A stretch of 64,000 bases of DNA from an uncultured Nitrososphaerales archaeon (lineage in GTDB: Archaea; Thermoproteota; Nitrososphaeria; Nitrososphaerales; Nitrososphaeraceae), in NCBI GenBank assembly GCA_963695855.1, contig CAVOHZ010000010.1:288001-352000 (forward strand), written 5' to 3'. Shown piece after piece: positions 32,761-44,076 of this stretch. The translations under genes and the position numbers were made by a program. Position 1 is the first letter of the stretch. The number at the start of each line of letters is the position of its first letter. A model generated the notes under the pieces. The model worked only from the letters and a program-made list of their open reading frames with translations, had not been told where the DNA came from and did no database searches.

Positions 32761-33435
32761 TTACGCTGGCTCTACAATTATTCCCAAATCTTCCAAGCAT
32801 TGTAGGATGATGTCTCGGTCCTGTTGAGATACACCTTGACTATTTAGTGTGGTGTTTAACAATTGCCATTTCTCGGTAGATGATATTGCTGTGGATGTCT
32901 CTAGAAATTCACAAAGATCTGCAAGTGTATTTATATGTATTTCTTCTCCTGTAGCAGAATCAACAGTCTGATCAAAAATCATGAAGAAGCCTTCAAGATC
33001 TTCCTCACTTAGAATTGAAAAACAGTTTTCACATGCTTGATCCTCTTCTGGAGCACTAGTCTTTATCTGGTTGTTGTCATTCACATTTACACATTTATTT
33101 ACTAGGTTTCTATCGAAGTTTATTTTATCTCCAAATCCATTACCATTTTGTGTGTTTGCACCGTCTGTTGTTCCTTCATCTGCTGCTGCTGCTGTTGCAG
33201 TACCGTCTTGAGGTATCTGGGTAATATCTATACCATTTACGTTTATGTTACTGTTTACACACTTTATTTTCTGGATATCTGCATGAGAACTCTTTGAATC
33301 TTTTTTATCATAACTATATCTATTGTCGTCTTGGTAATAGTTATTGTCGTACCTGTACTGATTGTCGTACATTTGCGCCTGTGCATTTCCTATCATTGAT
33401 GGATTTAGAGCCAGTAGACCAGCGGCTACTATCAC
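32761..33435 (-). CDS. Secreted protein, 'KIKCVNSNINVNGIDIT' family
   Basis: Leader, Tyr/Asp/Asn-rich segment, conserved core, Cys-containing helical C-terminal module. Confidence 0.75.
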   Translation of the reverse strand: MIVAAGLLALNPSMIGNAQAQMYDNQYRYDNNYYQDDNRYSYDKKDSKSSHADIQKIKCVNSNINVNGIDITQIPQDGTATAAAADEGTTDGANTQNGNGFGDKINFDRNLVNKCVNVNDNNQIKTSAPEEDQACENCFSILSEEDLEGFFMIFDQTVDSATGEEIHINTLADLCEFLETSTAISSTEKWQLLNTTLNSQGVSQQDRDIILQCLEDLGIIVEPA

Positions 33436-34249
33436 GGTGATAGAAACCAGAACTGTCTTTGTCTGATGGGTAATTACACTGTTAAATACGAATTTAATAT
33501 ATCCAAGGTTAGAAGGAAGATTATCTAATCTTGTAATATTTTATCATGCTGAATTATTGACTATAAGAAGAGATAGAAAATGATGTTTAGGTAGAAAGAG
33601 AAATCCTAGTACTGCAGCAAGTAACTAAAAATATTTATCCTAACCCTCTCTTATTTCAATCGTTGTTATGTTAGGGGAACCAGAAAACTAAATAGTCTTC
33701 ATAAAGTGGACCAGGTTAGGGTTATTCAATTAAACGAACAGACATACCAGAGATTAAGGAATCATTTTAATGAATTTCACTGCGGACCAGAAGACTTACG
33801 CAATAATAAAGTTACTACCTATGACGACATAATTATCAAGATATTAGACTTCGAAGAAAAAAATCGAGATAAGTCTTATTATTAGTTACCAAAAAAGTTC
33901 TCTATCCTTGAACACTTAAATACGAACACTTAAATAACTGTAATGGTATATTATAATTAACACTAAAATCTCTATAATGTATTTTTGCGGCACTAACCTT
34001 ATTAAATCTAATGCAGAGAGAAAAAAAGAAGTATATGACATAACCTATGGAGAATCTTCACGCCCATTTAGTGGATAACTTTCACGAACAAAATAATTGT
34101 AAGTGTTATAACAGTAGTAAATAAATAAAAAGTAGGTTATAACGTATAACCTTTGTAGTTTTTATTATCCGGTTTCTCTAATGTAGGAACCTTGACGATA
34201 TTATCAGAAGACTACTGGATTTTTATGATAGTAAGGGGAAATCACAGAA

Positions 34250-34738
34250 ATGACTACTAGAGACGACGACAATAATAACAATAACGATGAAGAACGTAAG
34301 GTAATTCTGGATGAAGAAGGTCAGGTAATAATTCTGGACCCTAAGCGTAATAAGATAATTGAATTTGTATTCGAACAGGGCGGTAAGGAAGGTAGTAGAA
34401 GAATATACATTGATGAAAAATGTCGTTGGTATTGTATAGCCGCTTCTCTGAAAGATGCGAAAGAAGGTAGGGGTAAATTCTATAAATATACTGATTTAGG
34501 CAGAAAATTATTGTTGGAAGTTTTCGCTGAATTAGATAAAACAGGTCATTTTAATGATAAAGCGATCTATAAATATACTGATTTAGGCAGAAAATTATTG
34601 TTGGAAGTTTTCGCTGAATTAGATAAAACAGGTCATTTTAATGATAAAGCGATAGAAGGAGATTACTTTTCTGATATTGTGGTTAGAAAGTGTATTGATA
34701 TGATCAAAATCAAAAAGGACCTATCAGATCTTAAATAA
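34250..34738 (+). CDS. Hypothetical protein with an exact 87-bp tandem duplication (34479-34652)
   Basis: YKYTDLGRKLLLEVFAELDKTGHFNDKAI occurs twice. Confidence 0.6.
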   Translation: MTTRDDDNNNNNDEERKVILDEEGQVIILDPKRNKIIEFVFEQGGKEGSRRIYIDEKCRWYCIAASLKDAKEGRGKFYKYTDLGRKLLLEVFAELDKTGHFNDKAIYKYTDLGRKLLLEVFAELDKTGHFNDKAIEGDYFSDIVVRKCIDMIKIKKDLSDLK

Positions 34739-34863
34739 AATTTCAATTTTATTAAATATTTAATATTTTTTTATATGCAATATAATTTTTTAAATAGACT
34801 TTTATTCTAATCTTCTTTTATTTTCTTTGTATGGATGGTGGTGGTCCGTTACGTGGTGGCTGA

Positions 34864-35061
34864 TTGGGTAGAGTTGTAGGGGAAACAAAAGAAGGGAAAT
34901 TAATTCAGATAGAAAATGAGACTTTTGAAAGGTTAAAACAACATAACCGACATTATAATCATGATGATGGGAATGTTAGTTCATTTGACGATATTATTGT
35001 TAGAATGCTAGATTTCTACGAAGAGAATGAGAAAAATAATGAAAGATGTTATTATTTATGA
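34864..35061 (+). CDS. Small ribbon-helix-helix-like DNA-binding protein
   Basis: IQIENETFERLK...SFDDIIVRMLDFYE pattern. Confidence 0.55.
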   Translation: MGRVVGETKEGKLIQIENETFERLKQHNRHYNHDDGNVSSFDDIIVRMLDFYEENEKNNERCYYL

Positions 35062-35197
35062 TTATTATTATATCCATTATTCAATATCTTGAAAGGATTG
35101 AGACAGTAGAAAATTTTATTTAGGACAAAAATGGAAACTAAAAAATAGAAATAAGAATAGTCAAAATCTTTTTTACAGAGGTGACTATTCTTATCTT

Positions 35198-35530
35198 ATG
35201 GGTAAGATATTAGAAAGTTATTTAACACGAAATAAAAAGGCATTGTCAGGTATCTTTTCAGTAGTTATACTAACAATTTTTTTGGCTCCGAAAAGTTATA
35301 GTCAAGACTGGTCAAATGATGCAAGAAAAGCACAAACATCATTAGTAGACCAGATGAAATATCTATGTATAAAGCTGGATGAACTTTATTCAGAACTTGA
35401 TCCGGATGAACTTAAAGAGGAATTGGAGGAAAAGGAGGAAAAGGATATAAAACAAAAAGCAGAATGTGATAATATATTGAAATCTGTAGATTCTTTTGAA
35501 AAGAAAGCAATACTCAAGAAATACGAATAG
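35198..35530 (+). CDS. Secreted/membrane-anchored hypothetical protein
   Basis: N-terminal hydrophobic helix, charged helical remainder. Confidence 0.55.
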   Translation: MGKILESYLTRNKKALSGIFSVVILTIFLAPKSYSQDWSNDARKAQTSLVDQMKYLCIKLDELYSELDPDELKEELEEKEEKDIKQKAECDNILKSVDSFEKKAILKKYE

Positions 35531-35623
35531 GCGATTAGATTTGCATTCCTACATTTGCAAGCGCTGTCTTTTCTACAAAGCGTTGGATAACTCTTCCGTC
35601 TAGAACGACTGTTATATTATTAA

Positions 35624-35824
35624 TTATTTTGGATTTACGATGTTTACTGTTACTTGGGGATCTGATGATATCTCTAGATAATAAATTCGATTATCTGAAC
35701 CTTGTCCTGAATAGCGATTATCGTTATTCTCGTCTTTGATAAATTGGATTTTGTTGCCGTTTCTGTCTTTAAGACTTGCTAATGCCGCAGATAGAGACAT
35801 TGTTGTTCCTTTTACTGGAATCAT
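35624..35824 (-). CDS. Hypothetical protein
   Basis: ATGA overlap with the upstream ORF suggests translational coupling. Confidence 0.45.
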   Translation of the reverse strand: MIPVKGTTMSLSAALASLKDRNGNKIQFIKDENNDNRYSGQGSDNRIYYLEISSDPQVTVNIVNPK

Positions 35825-36282
35825 TTTATTTCGTTTAACACCTCCTCTTTAGTTATTAGGCTACGTAACCATCCTTGGACTTGTCGTGATAGTGTTCGAC
35901 TTGATAATTTGCACTTGCATCCTTTGTGATGAGATATTTCGAAAATTGATTGTCGTTGTTTCATTATTCTTTTTGAGGAACACAAGGCAATTACTATTGA
36001 TACCGAGAGAAGTAAAATTACAAAAACTATACCTCCAGGTATCTCATTTGTCGTATACCATTTAATTAAGATTCCATGTACTATAATCCACAGGATTATT
36101 TGTCCAATTATTGCTAAAAGCATTGCAATTTTAATTGCAACCGTATTTCTAGCAAAATGAAACCAACATCCTATTAATAGCATGCCTAACACCCATAATC
36201 CAATAGACGATACATATCTATCACTATTTCCAAATTCGTGGTATTGGGTTTTTCCTTCTGGATCAGTATATTCCTCATTCAA
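35821..36282 (-). CDS. Hypothetical three-TM membrane protein
   Basis: Three hydrophobic segments. Confidence 0.55.
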   Translation of the reverse strand: MNEEYTDPEGKTQYHEFGNSDRYVSSIGLWVLGMLLIGCWFHFARNTVAIKIAMLLAIIGQIILWIIVHGILIKWYTTNEIPGGIVFVILLLSVSIVIALCSSKRIMKQRQSIFEISHHKGCKCKLSSRTLSRQVQGWLRSLITKEEVLNEIK

Positions 36283-36339
36283 TAGATAAGACTAATAATA
36301 ACAGAAATACGCCAATTTTTTGTTATTATTACCCGGGGT

Positions 36340-37050
36340 TTTTTGGTATTTCAAATCAAAATTAAAGGTATCTCTAGGAGACCATGAATATCATGAAACA
36401 ACTGGCGGTATACAAGGAGTTTTAGAAAATTATTTGAAACCACTAAACATACAAAAAACGTACTATTCTTTCGATATGAATAAAGTTCACATCATTGCAA
36501 TGGATCCGTATATTGATTATGGTACTAATTCTGATCAATATCAATTTATTGAATCTGATTTAAAAAAAGTATCTCAGAATACAAAAATAGATTGGATATT
36601 TGTTATAGAACATATCCCAATGTATACATCACCTTCTGAACATCCTGCTAATATAAAGATTAGAGACACATATCATAATTTATTCGATAAATACAAAGTC
36701 GATCTGATATTTAGTGGCGATAATCATAACTACCAAAGAACTTTTCCGTTAGAATAAAACAAAAAAAATAGTGCAAATCGTATAATCTCCAATAAAAATT
36801 TAAACAGCTATCATGATTACGACGGAGAAATTTATATAATAACTGGAACAGCTGGCAAAAATCATTATTATATTCAATAGCAGGCAGATTTTGTAGCTAA
36901 GGAAGATGATCAAAATTTTGGTTTCTTGAATATCGATATAAACTCGGATAAAACATTAACTGCCACTTTCTATGCAAATGAGGATACTAATTATCAATAA
37001 TAATAAAAATGATAAAAATGATACAAATAACATTAACGTAATAGATAGAT
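36340..37050 (+). pseudogene. Metallophosphoesterase (purple acid phosphatase-like), truncated, with stops
   Basis: LGDHE, YYSFD, EHIPMY, FSGDNHNYQRT, later IITGTAG and FGFLNID interrupted by stops. Confidence 0.8.
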
Positions 37051-37150
37051 TCGCTATTTCGAAGATGACTTGATTTCGAATTAATTCATCTGCTTTCAAA
37101 AACCATATCTTACTAATATTACTCTTAACACTGGCAAAATGAATCTGAAA

Positions 37151-38107
37151 TTATGGTGGTTGTATCTCTCTTACACTCAAATTTCTAAAATCAACCAAGA
37201 CATTATCCCATCTAAAAGTTGCAGTGGGGGAACCCCATGTAATTATTTGATCTTCTTTCCCTTGACATTTATTGCCATCTTTACCCCATCCTCCAATATC
37301 ACGATCTTCCGCAATTTTATACCATGTATTGTTGAGATAGGGATCAAGCCAATTCTCAAGTTTTACTGTGCCATCTTTGAGGTTATAGATGACACCTTTA
37401 AACCTAAACCAATTATCTTTTAAATCACCAAAAGGATGGGAAATTTTTGGTTTTTTCCATGGTTTTGCATGAACTAGTTCTTTATTTAAGTTACTTGTTC
37501 CATCAAAATAGATTTTAAGCTTATAGCTTGATCCACCACATCCATTGTTTATTAGAGAATGGTCCTCGGATATAGCATAATGAGTTGTACCTGGACCTGT
37601 GCCATTTTTATATAAATATTCACCAGTAATTTCTACATTCTTCCAGTCTGAAGGTTTATACCAATAGCCTTTTTTTGAGAGCTCTGTAAAGTTATAAGTT
37701 TCCATATTTTCTTTTGGATAACCTATTCCACCTTTGGAATATACTCCCATTCTGGATCTTTCACCTATGCTAAAGCTTCCATCTTCGTTCTTTACAATAC
37801 TCTTATAATTATGCATATATGGATCTGATTCTGGATCATAATTATTCATAAACCATTCAAAACCATTTTTTTTAGTAGGATAGATTTCTTTTATGCCAAA
37901 TTTATCCACATGACTAAAACTTTTTCCCTTATCTTCTATTTTCATTATATGAAGACCCGGATTTTCTTGGCTTGCAGATTTTGGATCTTCATATTTATTC
38001 TGTTGTGAAAATACCAAATTCTCCTTTACCAAATAAGTAGTAGCTATTAACAGAAAAAACGAAAAAAGTATTATAAAGCTAATTTTTATCATTTTTTCCT
38101 TTTTCAT
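37151..38107 (-). CDS. Secreted beta-sandwich protein (putative carbohydrate-active, Nitrososphaeraceae-type)
   Basis: Leader; DKFGIKEIYPTK..EWFM, DWKNVEITG, TFRWD, LSVREIQPP. Confidence 0.7.
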   Translation of the reverse strand: MKKEKMIKISFIILFSFFLLIATTYLVKENLVFSQQNKYEDPKSASQENPGLHIMKIEDKGKSFSHVDKFGIKEIYPTKKNGFEWFMNNYDPESDPYMHNYKSIVKNEDGSFSIGERSRMGVYSKGGIGYPKENMETYNFTELSKKGYWYKPSDWKNVEITGEYLYKNGTGPGTTHYAISEDHSLINNGCGGSSYKLKIYFDGTSNLNKELVHAKPWKKPKISHPFGDLKDNWFRFKGVIYNLKDGTVKLENWLDPYLNNTWYKIAEDRDIGGWGKDGNKCQGKEDQIITWGSPTATFRWDNVLVDFRNLSVREIQPP

Positions 38108-38148
38108 AAATACAATACCTCTATAGATTAGAAAAAGGATTTCAGGTA

Positions 38149-39271
38149 TACCAATTAGCCTATATTTTCTAATCAGATTTTATTATTATCATATTTGATA
38201 AAGAGTAAAAGCTATCTGTAATCGTGTTTATTTCGTAGCGTAACTACTTGTATTCCAAAACTGAATTGATTAGATTATACAAGAAGGAAACAAATCTCAA
38301 GGTAAAGGAAAGAATTCTACTTGTAATAAAGGTAGAATACGGTAATGTCATTCCTGCTTATGCTGCTGATGAACTACACAGAAGTAGACCATGGGCATTA
38401 TACTGGTTGGATAGATTCTCTGAAGAAGGTATAGAAGGATTAAAAAATAGATCAAAAAGTGGTAGACCATCAGACGTACCAGAACAGACAATATACGAGA
38501 TAAAAAACGAATTATCATCGGGCAAACAAGGATGGACTACAAAACAGGTAGAAGATCTGATTGTGATAAAGAGTGGAATCAGATATCATTATACTCACAT
38601 ATACAGACTCATGCACAAGGGGGATTCAAACAGAAGGTACCAAGAAAAGTACATGTAAACACTGCATCAAAAGAAGAGAAAGAAGATTTTAAAAAAGAGC
38701 CACAAAGATACTGGATAATCTCTACTAGCAGCAGGAAGGATTCACGGTAGTATCTACGGATGAATCATTCTTCTTCTATGATACTTGTAAGAAGAGTATG
38801 GATAAAGCATGACGAACGACCTGTAGTCAGAATTACTGGATCCCATCAGGAGTCAGTCTTATTTGGTGTCACAAGTTTAGAAGGAAATTAGTTATTCAGA
38901 CAGTATGACTGGTTTGATGAAAATACCTTTTTAGACTACCTAAAACAGATTCATAGAAAGTTTCCAAAATGTTATCTGTTTCTGGATAAAGCAAAACAAC
39001 ATTACAGATCGAAAAAGGTACTGAAATATTTTGCTGACAATAAAGATAGTTTGATTCCAGTATATCTTCCAACTGCATCTCCTGAATTTATGGTGCTGGA
39101 AGAGATATGGCATATAGCCAAAAATGATCTGCTTGTTCTACAATATTATTCGTCATTTACTGATTTTAAAAATAAAATATCATTATATTTTAGAACAAAA
39201 AGATTTCATCTTGATATGAGAAACTATTTACTTGCTAAAATTGACAATTAGAAAACATAAGCTAGTTGGTA
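38149..39271 (+). mobile_element. IS630-family element, inactive relative of 9306-10434
   Basis: TIR TACCAATTAGC/GCTAGTTGGTA with TA flanks; extra frameshifts and a stop near 38888. Confidence 0.9.
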
Positions 39272-39586
39272 TAAGTATATGCGTAACTACAATAAACTCT
39301 TGATTAATCTTTTATCTATCTTTTTCCAATAATTTTTGCCTTTATTAAAGCAATTATTATGATGAGTCATTATTAAGAGATTTAGTATTTTGTCAAAGTC
39401 AGGATTATTAGATATGTAGGATTCGAATTCTTATTAGTTAGTATCATATCTAGTTGGTGGAGATTATAAATGACTGTGAAAACTTTTCAATTGATTTCTA
39501 GGAGCAAATGCTACTCTTGTTATCAAAACAAATTGGTGTATATTAAGAAGAGTTATATGGTCTGAACCCTTTATAATACAGACAAT

Positions 39587-39856
39587 TTGTCAAATCCTAA
39601 ACATTTTAGCAAAGAAGACGCCAAAAGAATAGGCGAGGTACTCGGGATTGACTGGAGTAAATTCGATGTAGAGCAGTTTAGAATGGGTTTAGGTGTGGAA
39701 TTAGAACATGGAATAAGAGACGAACACACGGATGTTACTCATGACGACGAGATTGTGACTGGTAAAATCGCACTTGCACATTTGAATGAATTTCCAGATT
39801 ATTATTTAAGATTAAAAAAGATGGAAGATGAAGCAAACGAATTTTACAACAAATAA
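39587..39856 (+). CDS. DUF5661-like small protein
   Basis: QFRMGLGVELEHG...TGKIALAHLNEFPDYY. Confidence 0.75.
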   Translation: MSNPKHFSKEDAKRIGEVLGIDWSKFDVEQFRMGLGVELEHGIRDEHTDVTHDDEIVTGKIALAHLNEFPDYYLRLKKMEDEANEFYNK

Positions 39857-39910
39857 TTTTGTCCTATACTAACTAACATAAATTCGCATATCTACTGCAT
39901 GCAAGAAAAT

Positions 39911-40261
39911 CTAATTTTTACGCAGACATAACCAAGACATATATCTTAGGAATAATTCAGTAATACCTAGTCCAGTACTTTTGAGAATCCAGATACATTT
40001 ATCATACTGCAGATTATCTAAAACCGTTTTCTCATAATCAAATAAATCTTTGGAAATTCCATCCTTTTTAGGTAGGCCCAAGACGTGATTAAAACAGCAA
40101 TTACCATTACTTGTAATCTGTTCGTCATGATGTTCTACTGGGTCCCAAATGTAAAATGGTTTATCTTTGAATATCTCTAATCGGTTAGCCGTTTCGGCTA
40201 GCCCGTTGTTCTGTCGGTCCAGGGATAGTACGTTACTTGCTTGATTGAACCACTTGAGCAT
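39911..40261 (-). pseudogene. N-terminal fragment of a terminase large subunit-like ATPase
   Basis: DLFDYEK then WILKSTGLGITE (deviant Walker A); truncated shortly after. Confidence 0.55.
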
Positions 40262-40682
40262 GTTCTAGTTTAGCCTTTATCTGTGCAATTACTGGCGTTC
40301 CAAGAGATAGTTCCTGCAGTAGTTTAGCATTCTCTCTAATATCATATCGTAACTTCTGGATTAATTCTAAGTTTCTGTTTTCACGATTTTGTTCTATCAA
40401 GTAATCACGAATTGTATCCTTCTGTACCATTTCAACAACCTCAATTATTTGCTGGTGTTTGACTACAAAGCCCACCCTTGAAAAGTAGGACATCCATTGA
40501 TTGGCGTACTCTCCACTATCTACCTGTCTTTTTCTGCTGTAATATGCATCTGTACTAATCTCCTTTCCTAGTCTTGCCTTAATATAGGATAGGGCCTCTT
40601 TCTCACTAAATCCATAATTAACACAATCTGCAACTAACGGCATTAAAATCTGATTCTCTTTTGCTGTAAAACTTCCTCCCAC
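40233..40682 (-). CDS. Hypothetical HTH/helical protein (terminase small subunit position)
   Basis: N-terminal HTH-like segment; overlaps the start of the terminase-like ORF. Confidence 0.5.
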   Translation of the reverse strand: MGGSFTAKENQILMPLVADCVNYGFSEKEALSYIKARLGKEISTDAYYSRKRQVDSGEYANQWMSYFSRVGFVVKHQQIIEVVEMVQKDTIRDYLIEQNRENRNLELIQKLRYDIRENAKLLQELSLGTPVIAQIKAKLEHAQVVQSSK

Positions 40683-41058
40683 TTTCTAATTAGACACCTC
40701 GTCCCAAATGATTATTACTGCTATTATCATAACCAACCGAGATACTTAACAATTATTGAAAAATTATTTCAGAAATTGAGATAAAATTGGCATGTTGTAT
40801 TGAAATGAATTTGATTAAGTGGGGCCAGAAGGGAATTGGTAGATTTACTACCGATAAATCTATTAAAAATAAGGGTATGAAGAGTCCTATTAAAATAGCA
40901 AGAATTAATTGGTATACAAATTTCACATTAATCTCTTTCTATATTTCAAAATCTAGGATTTAAGATTTTTTTTAAGATTTTACTGGGATTTTTTGTACGA
41001 GTAAGAACATAAATCACACAATATAAAATCTAGAACTATAAGGAAAAAATAGAAAAGT

Positions 41059-41161
41059 GGACACGTTGGACAGGGTGGACACCCCTCTATAAAGATTATA
41101 TAAAAAATGATATTGTTTTAAAAATATAAAAATAATATTTAGGGGTGTCCAGGGTGTCCAG
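41059..41161. repeat. Inverted arrays of 9-bp TGGACA repeats around an AT-rich spacer
   Basis: TGGACACGT-TGGACAGGG-TGGACACCCCT ... AGGGGTGTCCA-GGGTGTCCAG. Confidence 0.75.
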
Positions 41162-41328
41162 AAATGTTTGATTGTTACAATATTTCATACTGTACTTGAA
41201 GATCAGTTGCTATTTTTCTTATATTCAATAATTTAGAATCTTGAAATATTACAAGATTAGATAGTGTTCCTTCTAACCATAGATATAATAAATTCGTATT
41301 TAACAATGTAATCGTATTTAACAATGTA

Positions 41329-42111
41329 ATGAGCAATAACAGAATGATAGTTTTTGCTTCTATACTGGGAGCAATACTGGCGACAAGTATGCTGGCTCTA
41401 AACCCATCAACAATTACAAGTGCAGGTGCACAAATGTACGGAGACCAGTACGGATATGATAGGAACTATTATCAAGACGACAATAGGTACGATAAAATAA
41501 ACTTCGACAGGAATCTTGTAAACATATATGTAAATGTGAATGACAACAAACAGATTCGTGTAACAGAACCAGAAACAGGTTCATTGACCGTGAATAAACA
41601 GGTGTTTGGCTGTAATAATATTGATACAGAGGTTGGGAGAATGAATTGTCAAACACTACAAGATGATGATTCAGGATGGCTTCCCTGTACCGATCCTATT
41701 GCATTCACCGATCCAAGATTCTGTACAAATTTACCAGCAAATCTATTTGATATAGAAGTATTAGATGATCAGAGTACACAACTACAACAGTTTGAAGGAA
41801 GTGCACAGGGAACAACAATTCAAAATCTACAACCAGGTACCTATATAGTAAACGAGATAAAAAATCTGAATAGTAATATCAACCAGTTAGAAGCGAATCC
41901 ACTCGCTCAAGGCCTGTGTGTTAGCCAGGGATTTGCTGGTGGTGGAACTCTAACTAACACAAATTCAAATCCTGACACAGATTATACGATATGTTTTGAA
42001 TACGTAGACGAAGCGGACAATGATTGCAGTACATTGACATTAGCAGCAGGGGAAAATAAACTATGTACGGTTAAAAACTATATTTCCGTAGGAGCGTTGG
42101 ACATAGACTAA
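41329..42111 (+). CDS. Secreted protein of the same family, with an Ig/prealbumin-like C-terminal module
   Basis: Leader, QMYGDQYGYD, DRNLVN, GSLTVNK...PGTYIVNE...CTVKNY. Confidence 0.75.
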   Translation: MSNNRMIVFASILGAILATSMLALNPSTITSAGAQMYGDQYGYDRNYYQDDNRYDKINFDRNLVNIYVNVNDNKQIRVTEPETGSLTVNKQVFGCNNIDTEVGRMNCQTLQDDDSGWLPCTDPIAFTDPRFCTNLPANLFDIEVLDDQSTQLQQFEGSAQGTTIQNLQPGTYIVNEIKNLNSNINQLEANPLAQGLCVSQGFAGGGTLTNTNSNPDTDYTICFEYVDEADNDCSTLTLAAGENKLCTVKNYISVGALDID

Positions 42112-42150
42112 CTCTACATTTTTTTATTTTATTTTCTGACCTGGCTTAAT

Positions 42151-42623
42151 TAATTATTTTTGAATATACATTCCATTATCGATAAAGTATTACTCTAACG
42201 CATTTATGAATTAATATTGGTTGATGTTCAGAGTCTCAAATAACACAAGGAATTTTCCTGTCCCTGAGATGTAAGACTATATTTTCCATTCTGATCCTCT
42301 GATATCCATTCTAACTCTTTCAGAAAGTCCAACATAGATTTGACAAATTTTTCGTCATTGTCAAATTCTTTTCCAATGGAATCGACATTAAAATTTTCTT
42401 CATGCTTTATTCTATGCAGGATGTATTGTGCTAAATCTAAACTTTTTAGTTCTGGATACACCTTATAATATACAGGCTAAAGATCTAATTAAATACCGAA
42501 TCTTAAATGTTCTAGAACATTCTTGATCTTATTATGGAACTTAATTCTTTATTTGAATTTATTAACTAACTAAAAATAAATAATAATTATTTTTGAATAT
42601 ACATTCCATTATCGATAAAGTAT
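42151..42623. repeat. Perfect 40-bp direct repeat (42151-42190, 42584-42623)
   Basis: TAATTATTTTTGAATATACATTCCATTATCGATAAAGTAT occurs twice. Confidence 0.88.
42228..42461 (-). CDS. Small winged-helix-like protein
   Basis: LDFLKELEWI...KYSLTSQG wing motif. Confidence 0.6.
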   Translation of the reverse strand: MYPELKSLDLAQYILHRIKHEENFNVDSIGKEFDNDEKFVKSMLDFLKELEWISEDQNGKYSLTSQGQENSLCYLRL

Positions 42624-42835
42624 CCTGCCAGACATTTCTTTTTATTTTGTCGTTCCCACTCGTTCCCCTTCGCCTCTACCTGTACCCCTTCCCCCCTTAG
42701 GGACTCGATACGTTCCTTTGATGGCGTGGGAGGTAGTTCATTATGTCTTAGAAGATGATGTATCAAATATTCCTTAATCTCTGAGAACTCTTCAACACAG
42801 TAGTTGCATTTGCAGATAGAACCAATTTGGGACAC
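42587..42835 (-). CDS. C2H2 zinc-finger fragment
   Basis: CNYC-x12-H-x4-H. Confidence 0.55.
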   Translation of the reverse strand: MSQIGSICKCNYCVEEFSEIKEYLIHHLLRHNELPPTPSKERIESLRGEGVQVEAKGNEWERQNKKKCLAGYFIDNGMYIQK

Positions 42836-42963
42836 ATGGGACGCTTGGGACGCTTGGGACGCATTGTATTAATAAGCAGAAGAATTATTATTATCATTAT
42901 CACCGTCCCCAGTCCTACTTGTAATAGTCTCCTCTTCTTGCTCCTGTTCCTGCTTCACTTCCT

Positions 42964-43725
42964 CTAAACTTTCATAACTGCTGGTAGTAGTTGTTGTTGA
43001 ATAGATATCATCATCATCATCATCTTGTTGTTGCTTGTCTTCAACATGTGTCCCATGTGTGCCATGTGTCCCATCCGTCCCTTTTCCCTCGTCAAATAGG
43101 TGTTTATCTCTGCCTTTCCAGTTCGTATCTTTTCCTGTATTTCCTTTGGTGCACATTCGATTATTTTCTTACAACGTTTGTAAGTTGTTGTAGATTTACA
43201 ACCTGCCTTTTTCGCTGCTATTTCTGCACTCTTACCACTGAATTTATCGGTGTCGGTGTCAGTGTGGGGTTCATTTGGTCCCCACATTACCGATTGATTT
43301 GATTGAGATTCAAAACCCTTTTGTCCTTTCTGCGGTAATGTTGATAACTGTCTGAGTCTTGCCCTTTCCTTTTCTATCTTCTCATACTCATAAACAATCA
43401 ATGCCTTTCCAAATTCGTTTAACTGTCTTCTCTTACCGTTGATATCTAGTACAAATTCTCTTTCATTTAACTTGTCCTCAAAAGTCATTTCGTCATATTT
43501 GAAATCAATAGCTTCCTCTGTACATATATCAAATCTATGGTGTCCGTCCAAAATTTCCCCTTTTTCGTTTACTTTACCATTATAATATTGTCCGTTTTTC
43601 TTTATTGACTTTCCTAATGCCTCCTTTTCTTCAAATGATAAAGGAGGTACCATCCTTGCATATTCTGGATTTTTCTTGATTTGTAAATTAACATTAATAA
43701 AACATAATTTTTGTACTGTTGTCAT
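42964..43725 (-). pseudogene. ParB-like N-terminal domain protein, apparently truncated or fused near 43095
   Basis: PPLS.EE..LGKSIKKNG, ILDGHHR, NGKRRQL, HTH; tail reads out of frame into repeats. Confidence 0.7.
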
Positions 43726-44076
43726 CTTTTATTTACAGAATCCATCATATTATTTAGCATATAGTATCTAAGACACTTAGACACGTAGTTTATTATATTG
43801 AGATGAATTCCTTTTGTTCAGCTATGTGCATCTTTTAACTATGAAATCTCCAAGTGATGAATAATAGTATGTAGAGTGAAAAAGATTTATTTCTAATTTG
43901 CTTTTATTGCCTAAAAATTACTGAAATTACATATATTGACAATAGGAAATTTAATACAATTAACCCAATTAATATCAATAAAATACATTCTTTAACATAT
44001 TTCTTTCTAATTACCCTTCATTGTACAATAAAAATTATATTTTGTGCACATTAAATAATTGTAATGCATAATTATA

